A stretch of 63,003 bases of DNA, counting the filler, from Octopus bimaculoides (taxonomy: Eukaryota): NCBI RefSeq assembly GCF_001194135.2. It is 7 parts of 7 records of this genome, joined end to end, with 100 filler letters (N's around TTAATTAATTAA, not from the genome) between each part and the next. Parts side by side here need not be neighbours in the genome. Positions count along the whole stretch, not along the records: positions 7,629 to 13,674 come from NW_026376981.1; positions 13,775 to 35,633 come from NC_069000.1; 5 more parts are not named here. One strand, written 5' to 3'. Below are positions 13,576-24,339 of this stretch, piece after piece. Position numbers and translations under genes: made by a program. A model generated the notes under the pieces. The model searched no databases. It was not told where the DNA came from and was given only the letters and a program-made list of their open reading frames with translations. Positions within the stretch are counted from its first letter, which is position 1. Each line of letters starts with the position of its first letter.

Positions 13576-14025
13576 ATATGCCTATTCAATTTTTAAAAAG
13601 ACATATTACATCATGCTTTACATAAATAATATATATATACATATATATGAATATATATATATATATATATATATNNNNNNNNNNNNNNNNNNNNNNNNNN
13701 NNNNNNNNNNNNNNNNNNTTAATTAATTAANNNNNNNNNNNNNNNNNNNNNNNNNNNNNNNNNNNNNNNNNNNNTAGGTCGTAAAGTGGTTGGCATTTGG
13801 AAGGGCATCCAGCTGTAAAAACCTGGTCAAAACTAACCTCGCCTGTGCTTGTGTCACGTGAAAAGCACGAAGTCCACTCTACTGGGTGGTTAGTGTTAGG
13901 AAGGGCATTCAGTCATAAAAACACAGGAGGCTCCTGCCCAGCCAGCTCCAGTCAAACTGTCCAACCCATGCCAGCATAGAAGGCAGACATTAACCAATGA
14001 TTATATATAAATATATATATATATA

Positions 14026-14187
14026 CAAGGGAGTGCTAAAAAGTTCCTGGTTTTGGGTAAAAGAAAATACAGGAGAATCAGTTAATTATTATTTTCTTCA
14101 GCTCCGTAAAAACAATTCAGAAGGTTTGGCCTCCAACCAGGCTTTTTACAATACCCTAAAAGCCAGGAACTTTACAGCACTCCCTCA
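14026..14187. mobile_element. Tc1/mariner-derived MITE with TA flanks
   Basis: TA|CAAGGGAGTGCTAAAAAGTTCCTGG...CCAGGAACTTTACAGCACTCCCTCA|TA. A related right end occurs near 15265-15295. Confidence 0.7.
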
Positions 14188-14947
14188 TATACACACACAC
14201 ACTCAGATATTATATGCTAGACTTCCACACAGCTTCCCTTTAACAAATTCACTCGCAAGGCATTGGTTGGCCTGAAACTATAGCAGAAGACACACACCCA
14301 AGGTATCACACAGTGGGACTGAACCCAAAATTATGTGGTTGCCAAGTGAGCTTTTTAACCACACAGCCATTCCTGCACTTAATAATGCTGTTAGAATACT
14401 GGGACGAACATTCTAACTTCCTACATAAACGGGTTGAAAATAAATGTCACATGAAAAACAAAAAATGCTGTCGTAAGAAGCTTGCTTCCCAAACACATGG
14501 TTCTGGGTTCAGTCCCACTGTGTGGTATCTTGGGCTAGCCAAAGCCTTCTGAGTCGATTTGGGAGCCGGAAACTGAAAGAAGCCCATTGTATGTGTGTGT
14601 ATACTTTTGTGTATGTCTTTGCCCCCACCCTCAACATCACTTGACAACCAATGTTGGCATGTTTCTGTCCCCGTAACTTAGCGATTCAGCAAAAGAGACT
14701 GATAGGATAAGTACTAGGCTTACAAAAGAATAAGTCCTGATGTCAATTTCCTTGACTAAAACTTTTTACAATGGTGCTCCAGCATGGCCGCAGATAAATA
14801 ACTGATACAAGTAAAAGAACAAAAGAATACATGTATGGCTGTTGTTTAAACTTTCACTTTTATAGTCACCGGATTTCAGTTTAAACCCATAACATAGCAA
14901 CTTGGCTATGTAATTGTCTTCTGCAATAGTTTTAAAATCAGGACTGT

Positions 14948-15107
14948 GGAGTCAGAGTCAGAAACAATTAAGAGGGAGCTGGAGTCAGAGTCGGAAACAA
15001 TTAAGGGGTAGCTGGAGTCAGAGTCGGAAACAATTAAGGGGTAGCTGGAGCTGGAGTCGGGGTCGGAAACAATTAAGGGGTAGCTGGAGTCGGAGTCGTA
15101 AACAATT
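14948..15107 (+). repeat. 33-bp minisatellite, about 5 units (GAGTCAGAGTCGGAAACAATTAAGGGGTAGCTG)
   Basis: Directly visible tandem units. Confidence 0.9.
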
Positions 15108-15702
15108 ACATACACACACACACATTTTGTTTCATTATGATTTTATTCGACATATTCCCCTCTCCGATTCACACATTTATCGTGGCGATCCTTCAGATTT
15201 TCTAGACCCTGTAAAAGAACACAGAAGGTCAAGCCCCTAACCAGTCCTTTCGTGATACTCTTAAAGCCTGGAGCTTTGCAGCACCCCCTCGTATATTCAC
15301 TTTCTTGTAACCTGAGTGGATACCCCAAGACATCTTTTCCCAGCTGGAGCAATCAGTTATCTACTCTACAGCAATACACCTGTTCTAGGTGCCACTACAC
15401 TTAAACTTTTCATTACCTGGCATTAAGCCACCTCCCTTAATACAGCAGTGCAACTCAGTCAACGGATCTGGTCTCACAAGTTAATCGGTGACCTCACAGG
15501 TGCTGGTACCACATAAAAGGCACCCAGTACACTCTATGAAGTGGTTGGCATTAGGAAAAACAACCAGTTGTAGAAGCTGTGCCAAAGCAGATATTGGAGC
15601 ATGATGCAGTTTTTTGGTTCATTAAATCCCATCAAACTGTTCAACCTATACCAACCTGGAACACAGACACAGTTCTATATTTAAGAGATGAGGAATTATG
15701 TA

Positions 15703-16039
15703 CATTATTTACATTTGACGGATATTTGTCCTCATCAAGTGTCTTGGGGAAATTTCCAACATGGGTTCTCATTCCTAAGGTATTTTTCGATGTTGTTATT
15801 ATTATTCAGCTAACTGCCTGGAATCGAACTTGGAATCTTGGGGTTAGTAACCCCAAGATTCCAAGTTCAATTCCAGGCAGTGACCTGAATAATAATAACA
15901 TCAAAAAATACCTAAGGAATGAGAACCCAGGTTCGAAATTTCTCCAAGACACCTGATGAAGGCTGGAAGGTATATCAGCTGAAACGTTGTGTTAACAACA
16001 AACAAGATGAGGACAAATATCCGTCAAATGTAAATAATG
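15703..16039. mobile_element. Head-to-head palindrome of a tRNA-like/Penelope-tail retroelement
   Basis: Arms 15703-15845 and 15849-16039 are reverse complements around ggggtt-agt-aacccc. Each arm has a B-box-like GTTC(A/G)ATTCC and an AAATGTAAATAATG tail. Confidence 0.85.
15948..15993 (+). ncRNA. Minimal type I hammerhead ribozyme motif (Penelope-type, dimer-dependent stem III)
   Basis: GACAC [CTGATGA] A GGCTG-loop-CAGCT [GAA] AC|GT T GTGTT. Stem I is GACAC/GTGTT and stem II is GGCTG/CAGCT. Stem III is loopless AC/GT within the palindrome AACGTT, and the cleavage triplet is GUU. Confidence 0.7.
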
Positions 16040-17876
16040 GAATACAGATGTTAAATGATGATGATATACTGTTATAAAATGAACCCAGTGCACTGTGTGA
16101 AGTGGTTGGCATTTGGAAGGAAGGAAGGACATCTGGCCATAGAAACCATGCCAGAGTAGACATTGATGTCTGAGTCAGATCTCTGGACCATTTGATTCTG
16201 TCAAAATGTTCAACCCCATGCCAGCATGGAAAATGGAGGTTAAATGATGAGGAGGAGGAGGGTGGTATTTGTTCTAGTTCTTCATGTTCTATGTTCAAAT
16301 TCAACTGAAGTCAACCAAAGCCTTCTCAATAAATTTGTTAGAGGAAAACCAAAAGCCTTTTGTAATGTGTATATGCATTATGTATGTGCTTGTTCATATA
16401 TGTTACTATCTACTTGCCTTGATATTGCAATATCGTTGTAAATGATGGTCATTGTCATACAAGAGGTGTTCTTTCCAATCTGCCGTGCAAACATGTCTGG
16501 TCATAGGGAAATATTACCTTATTTAGAACCTGGTGAGCGTTGGTGACAAGAAAAGTATCAATCCATAAAAGAAGCCACCACTTCTATGAATTTTATCTGA
16601 TTCTTGCAAGCATGGTAAAGTGGACATTAAAATAATGGCAGTGGAGGTGAATAATGGTGGTGGCAGTTATAATATAGCAGCCAGAGATATGTTGCATTTT
16701 CCCAACTGTCCAGTCTATTCATGCAGAACTGGGGCCATAATATGGGACCAAATCAATGCTGATCAAATACAGCCAATGTTACATAATCAGTCAAATGAAT
16801 TAGATGCAGCACAACACTCTAGCACAGTGTTCTGCAAAAAGCACCCAGTCCACACTGTAAAGCGGTTGGCATTTGGAAGGGCATCCAGCTGTAAAAACCT
16901 TGCCAAAACTGACCTCGCCTGTGCTTGTGCTGCATAAAAAGCACTGAGTCCACTCTGCTAGGTGGTTGGTGTTAGGAAGGGCATCCAGCTGTAAAAACCC
17001 TGCCAAACCGTCCCATCCATGACAGCATGAAAGACAGGTGTTAAGCGATGATGATGATGATGATGGTAAATTTATATTCTTTTCAAAATTCAGCAACACA
17101 CCTGAGTTAAGACTATAGGGATAGACATTATATTCAGAGTGTGCTGCTGCACCAAAACTGACACATACTTGGCAGTGTAGGTCAAATTACTTGGAAGTTC
17201 CGCCAATAATCCAATGACTTGAAACAAATTACCATGTAAATCCCCCACCCCCACTTTTTTTTATTTTTTAACAAATTCAAAACCTTTTTATTTTCACCAA
17301 AAGAAAATATAAGAAGTAAAAATATAAAACCAACTATTTATATTTATTTTTAAAAGAAGTAAAATAATTAAAAATTTTCTTTTTTATTTCTAATATAAAC
17401 TTGCCTAGTTAAAACTAGGCAAGATAAATCTTGCTTTATCTTTGGTTAAGCGAAAAAGGCAACCTTGGATATTTTTGACATAGTTGAGCTCATCCCTCAC
17501 CTGAAATGACCAGAGCCAATTGCGTCCAGCAAAAGAGAGACAGAGAAAGGGAGATGGTGGGGGAAGTCCAGTATTTATCAGCTTTATCATTTAATATCCA
17601 TCTTTCATGCATCGTACTTCAATGTCTGCTCTGGCATGATTTCTATGGCCAGATCATCATCATCATCATTTAATGTCCATTGTCCATACGGGGCAGCTGA
17701 AGAGCTGTCCGGGTTCCATATGTCCTTCCTAACACCAACCACTTTACAGAGCGGATTATTATTATTATTATTATCTTATGATTTTTACTTTGTATTATAT
17801 TATACTTATTTATTGTGCATTTACTTATTAATTTTTCTATATGTGACTGGATTTTCATGGATATATATATATAAAT

Positions 17877-17909
<33 letters not shown>

Positions 17910-18919
17910 ATTAGGCACAGGCATGGCTGTATGCTTAAGAAGCTCACTCTACAACTACATGGCTTCAGGTTCAGGCCTACTGCATGCCACCTTGGTCAAG
18001 TATCTTCTATTATAACCCTGGGCTGAATTTGGTAGACAGAGACTGTAGAAGCCCATTGTGTGTATTCCAGTCCTATTCAACAGTTTCTATAGCTGGATGC
18101 ATTCCTAACACCAACCTCTTTACCCAGCACACAAGGTGGTGTTAGGAAGGGCATCCAGCTGTAGGAACCATGCCAAATCAGACTGGAGTCTGGTGTAGCT
18201 CTACAGTGTTGGTTAATCCATCCAACACACGCCAGCAGGGACAATAGACAGTAAATAATCTTTTCTACTATAAGCACAAGGCCCGAAATTTTGAGGGAGG
18301 GGGCCAGTCGACCTCAGCAGAATTTGAACACAAAATATAAAGACAGACGAAATACCACTAAGCATTTTGCCCAGCATGTAAACGTTTCTGGCAGCAGGTC
18401 CCCCCACTACCACTTGACAACTGGTGTTGGTTTGTTTACACCCCCATAATGTAGTGGCTAGGCAGGAGAACAATAGGATAAGTAACGGGCTTGAAATAAG
18501 TACAAGGGTCAGTTTGTTTGACAAAACCTTTCATGGCAGTGCCCTCGCATGGCCACAGTCCAATGACTGACACAAAGACTAAGAAAATTTATACATGAAA
18601 ACTGGTAATAAATAAATAACTGAAAAGCAAAAATAAAAGCAAAACAACAAAAAATAATTGAAAAAAAAAATACAATAAAATTAATAAATAATAGAGGAAT
18701 GTTGTAATTTTCCAGACTCTTAGACCTTGTCTTTTGATGTTTCTGTGTTCAATACTTGTCATTGCTTATTTTGCAATCCGTTTGGTTTTTCTGAGATTAA
18801 CCACAAATGTATCATCTTCAAAAGTGTGTTCTTGCATCTTTGGACCTCTGCTCAGACATGGTGACTCACAGATACAAGTAAATGTACACATGCAGACACA
18901 TAAGTATAGACACAATGTT

Positions 18920-19350
18920 TTAACCCTTTAGCATTCAGATTAGTTTCTCAAAAGATACTGTTTATTTATTCACCTTTTTAATAAACCTTTATGTCCAAAG
19001 CCTTTTCAGAAGCTTGCCCTAAATGTTCATGCTTGTGTTCAGCCCTTTAGTAAACCCTTTCATATGTTGAGTAATACAGAACTTTCCTTAGTCCAAAGTT
19101 ACTCTGGTGGTTGGAAAAATTGGGAATGTGGATTATATGTGATGCACGGAGCCAGGGAAATATGTCCAATATATCACACGTAAAACACAGGACAGGCAAT
19201 AAGTTAATCGCTCATTATCTCATAGCTTTGAGATTTTAATGATCAGATTTGTTTATATTTGAAATGAGACTGTAGGAGAAATGTGAGAAACCAGATCTGA
19301 CCAATTTGAACATTTGAGCTGGATATGACCAGTTTAAAAGCTGAAGGGTT
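18920..19350. mobile_element. TTAA-type MITE (CCCTTTAGCATTC termini); related copy at about 19495-19703
   Basis: Begins ttaaccctttagcattcagatta and ends ...gaccagtttaaaagctgaagggttt. The second copy ends ...aaatactaaagggttaa. Confidence 0.55.
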
Positions 19351-20194
19351 TGTGCATCTAAGAAAAACAGCTCTGGCAAAGAAAGTACCACCAGGAATCA
19401 ACAGACGAAAGGGGTTACACGCCTCTTAATCACAAAGATGGTTCTTGAAAATTGCCAAGAATTGAGAAACAAGGCTATTTTAAGCTTTGAGCATTTAGAT
19501 TACTCTGTCAAATGTAATCCTTATTTATTCACATTCTTTTGGATTTATCCTGTATAATCTCATAGCTTTGTTATTTTGATGATGTAACCGTTTACTTTTA
19601 GAACGACATTGTAAGGTAGGTGTGAGAGGTCAGATCTGGCCAGTTTGACCCCTCCCCAAGAATATTTGGGCTGGATAATACTGATTTAAATACTAAAGGG
19701 TTAATCACAATGTCCACCTACACGTCACAAAAGTTTCAATTCTTAACAAATTCCAAGACTTGAGAAACAAGACTCTTTTAAACCAAAGTATTCTTTAGAC
19801 AGTTTGGGGAAGTTGCTTTCCTCATCTAAGAAAGTTGGTCAATTATTTTGTTCACTAAACACTTCCTAAACCAAACAGTTGCAGAAGAGTTCAATGACAT
19901 CTTGCAGGACAGAAATGGTTAATGCTTAGTATTCAGCACTAGTAAAAGTTGACTAAATGGAATTAAGTTTATTTTGCTCATAGTGTCTGTGTGTGTGTGT
20001 GTGTGTGTATATATATACATATATATAAATATATATAAGCACTTACATCATTTATATATACGCATGTATAATTAACATAATAGGGTAAAAAATTTGATAT
20101 TAATTAATATCAATTTAATACCAGGAAACCAGCACATTAAAAGAATCAGAAGATTCAGAAAAAATTTTCTGAGATCTCAAAAGGATTATAGTAC

Positions 20195-20244
<50 letters not shown>

Positions 20245-22663
20245 TATAAATATATATATGATGGACTTTTCCCTTCAAAGGAACGCACATGAGTGTTCAA
20301 CTTTTGCTAAATGACCTGTACAAATGATTTGGGTATAGTGACCAAATGTATGTGCTGGACATTAGCTGACTCCCTCCATCAAATTGACGTTGTCTGAACA
20401 GGTGCACATAGGTGTACCACAGGTCAGGTGTTCAGGTGTCAAAATTATTACAGAGCAATGTGAGATGAAGTGTTTTGCTCAAGAACACAAAAGCACTACC
20501 AGGTCTAGGAACTGAAACCATGTTTTTGCGATCATGAGTGCAACACTCTAACCACTTGGCCATGCATCCACATACATGCCTATACTAATAGATATGTTGC
20601 CATAAGTTGTTATACAATAACAAGTGCTAACAAAACCTAAAGCAGAAGACAACTATTACACAGCTACTAGAAATACTTTATTTAAAAAAAAAATCATTAA
20701 ATGAAAATATGCTACTTTGATTGTCAAACAGGTAACTTTCAAGTAATCAATTGGAAGGTCTTGAGACATATGTCAACTTTCAAGTTAGGAAATCAGCCTA
20801 TGATTGTAGCCCACAATTCCTGGATGATGGTGAACCCATGTTGGTAGATTCTATTTTTATGATATCTTTACATGAAGAAATCAGGAACAGTTGATTCAGG
20901 AGATTTTGGAGGTAATTCACAATATGTTCCCCATAATACCACCTGGTAATCAGTTAACCTTTTTTGATACCATCTCTGGTTCTATGATGCAAACTTCCTG
21001 ATTTAAAGTCTATCACCAAAATTGCATGTTAGTTTATATTCCAAACACCAGGTTAGCCATTTTTTATGCCAACCTATCAAAGATCATCTCTAGTTCTATG
21101 TTTTTGAGCAATTACTTTAAGTTAAACACTTCCAACAAAACGTCATATTAATTTGTTCCAAACATTAGCTTAATAATAAGGTTATTTTACTAAATGCTTC
21201 ATTATCAAAATTAATTGAAATAAACACAGTGCATTTCAGCAGGAATATGGTAACAAAAATGGTTAAAGTGATTTAGATTAATAGCTTCCAACAAAACTTC
21301 ATGTTATGTTCCAAATACCAACTTAATTATTTTCATAACAAATTCAACCAAAATCTCCCTCAATTCAAACGATACACACTACTTGTTTTAAAGCAATCTA
21401 AATTAAAAACTTCCTCCATGAAAACTTCATCTTAATTAATGTTCCAAACACCAGCTTAATAACAACGAAATTATTTCAATAAATTCTTCACACTTTTCAA
21501 AATTAACTGAAACAAAGTCCGTGTACTTCAACAGAAATGAGGTAACGAAAGGGTTAACTCATTCATTTAGTCTTTGTATGAACCAAAGGATGAAAATTAT
21601 GTAAATTTAAATCTTTCAAAAAAAAAAAAAATGCAGTGGTGTTTGCCTGATCATTTCTTCATAGAATTAAACTGAGATTGAATCTGTCTTTATTTCATGC
21701 TTGTATGAAATTGAAGCTAAATTTGCATAAATTTAAACCTTTCGAAATGAGCAGTGATGTTTGACTGATGCTCAATTATGGTATATAATATTGTCTGACA
21801 TGGGGGGCGCATTGTTAATTGAACATGTACTCATCAACATTGTTTGGACCAAGACAGTTTATCAATCCTTCTATAGGATGGTGGATCATTTTTGAAACCC
21901 TCATTATCATTGAAATGGAATCAAGTACTAAAGTAGATAGATTTTCTTAACCCTTAACCCATCTAAATCATTTTCATAAATTTGTCCTAAACATCCATGC
22001 TCGTTTTCAAAAGACCTTGTTTTCATACACTGAGTAATATAAAGATTTCCTTTCATAAGGTCCAAGTTACTCTGGTGGTTGAAATTAAAATGGAAATCTC
22101 TATGAACAACAAGAAAATATGTCTTGTGTACCACATATGATATACAGGACAGGGTAAAGTAAACCACACGTTTCTGCATTATTCTAATGTATCCGACTCA
22201 TGCTTCTGAAATTAAAATATGTTATTGTTCTAAAGCAAAATTAATTGGTTATTGATTCCAATAATCAGTTCAATAGTTATTGTATAACAACTTATGACAA
22301 ACATCATATTTTAAAACAAAATAACATTTCTGAAGAACCAGATATCTAGGTATTTATCAGTTTTTGTTTCAGAGTGTGTGTGTGTGTGTGTGTGTGTGAT
22401 CTAATGAAAATTTTTAAAAAACTCAAAATTTTCAGTGCAGTTATAACTGTTCAAAAAACTAAACAGTACCACCTTAGGGTACTTAAAACTAGGTAGGGAA
22501 GACCAATGACCCCTAAATGTATTTTGACTTTTGCCACAGACATATGGCCACTCACATGTGTGGAACAGAGAATTCTGAAAGACAAGGTCGAAAGTCTGGA
22601 AATTCTAACATTACACTGGAGTTACTCATTATGGAAATTTAGATATGTAAATGAAAAGGGAAA

Positions 22664-24339
22664 TTACTTCTTGAGGAAAACATCACTTTGGTTAGAAGAT
22701 CTGCTATGGAGACGTTTGCCAATGCTAAGCTTAGATATTTCTTCTGGCACCTCTGAATTTCTTTGGTGTTTATCAAGTTCAGATTCTGAGCATTTGGAGT
22801 CACTGCTTCTCACTGGTAAGATCCATTTTGATTGTGGTGATGAAGTTGAGTGATTGAACTGAATTTTACAGTTAGATGATAACAATGATGATGCTGATGA
22901 TGATGATGATGCTAATGATTGTGGACTTGTGTTTTCTATTGTAGTCTTTGCACTACAACCTGTAGTTTCAGTCTCAGCTGGACTATGCCATGAGGAAGCA
23001 TTGGATGTCTTTCTTACTGATCTTAAGTGACTGAGGATCAGATCTAATTCATTATTATCATCTTCCTGATCACAATGCCTGTAAAAAAGTCCATGTCTGT
23101 TGTTGTTTCTGCTGTCATTATTACTTTCATTGTCACTGTTTTTATTCCGGGAAGCAGGGTAACTCTCTGAGCTGGAAAATACTTCAGAGCTACGGTAGAG
23201 AGAGAAATTTGAAGAATTCTTTGGAGCATGCTTGCCACTGTCATTGAGTGGCGGTTGGTAGATTTCCTCTGTAGAAAGCGACCCTTCCGAAGAAATTTCC
23301 TCCAAAGTCGGAATGGACCTTAATTGATGATCATTTGATGAGATTTTATTATGGTTGCCTAAAATCTTATTAATCCTCTGAATCCTGCTACCTGATGGCA
23401 ATACATCTCCAATCACAGACTGTCCCCTAATTATTTCTTCATCATCCAAACTATCCCCATTATTGTAATCACTGGAACAAGATCTCTGGGAATTCCTTGC
23501 AGAACTGTTCCACTTCTTTGACGATAAGGACTTATTAGCTTTCCCAATTCTGCTACGGTCTGATGATGACTGACCACTGGTGTTATGTAACTGCTGATTG
23601 ACCTTCTGATTTGAAACGTCTTGATGAGTGACTGGTGTAACCATTTTCGATTTTCTCAAGCAAGATACTTCTGAATGAGAATCTTTGTTGTTATTACAGG
23701 CAGTCAGGCCCCAGTTAAGTAGTTTTCCTCTTCCTTTTCCTTGCCCCCGTCCTCTTCCTGCCAAAGTAACAGGCGTTGCCATATCGATATTTTCTCTACT
23801 ACCAAGATGACTCTTTCTATGAGGCTTCTTAGTACTTCTCAAAATGCCTGGAGACTCTTTTGGGATGTCTTCAAGCTGTGGAAGTTGAGGAGCACTTTCA
23901 GCCAAGGGTGGACTTGAACTGCCATCAGTATTCTCTTTGTCGCCCTCTCCATCTCCTCTTTGTAATATCGATTCCAGAGACTTGTGCTTCTGGCGCTGGC
24001 TTTTAACTTTCTCCAAATATTGCATGTAACCCCTTCTGGTGCAAATGGAAGGTGATGAGTCACTATCAGAACACGTAGAGACTCGTCTCATCCTGGATGA
24101 TGATCGATGGGAGTTACACACACCTTTCGGTAATCTTTCGGGCTTCTTTCTTTCAATGACTTCCTCAGGAGATAAAGAATCGGGCAGAAATGAGCCATAA
24201 TATTTGGTAGATTCTTTACTGCGACAATTCTTCAAAGGTATTGGAGAGAGACTATCACGTACTTTGCTGCTGTTCATATCTTCAGAAGAAGACACACAAT
24301 TCTGTTCTGGCTCTTCTTCAGATAAATTCGAGATGTGAC
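22664..24339 (-). CDS. TDRD12: TDRD12-like large coding exon 8, Ser-rich and predicted disordered (about 557 aa); either terminal (TAA at 22664-22666) or spliced at 22668
   Basis: This is the 575-aa ORF of the track. The real acceptor tgtttacttctgcag| at 24340-24342 gives phase 1, continuing exon 7 as G-HISNLSEEE. Total CDS would be 2304 nt (767 aa) if the exon is terminal. A possible donor AA|gtaatt overlaps the stop codon. Confidence 0.88.

Noticed and set aside
14948-15107. Regularly spaced repeats as a CRISPR array
   Set aside because: These are contiguous tandem units without unique spacers, in eukaryotic DNA with no cas genes.
18714-18860. Plus-strand hydrophobic open segment (TLRPCLLMFLCSILV...) as an exon
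   Set aside because: The donor is weak, there are no partner exons, and its start resembles sequence at 22560-22610, so coding status is unsupported.
20770-20950. Minus-strand open frames as further Tudor-gene or helicase exons
   Set aside because: The acceptor is poor and there are no DEAD-box motifs. It lies just upstream of an AATAAA and is more consistent with 3'UTR.
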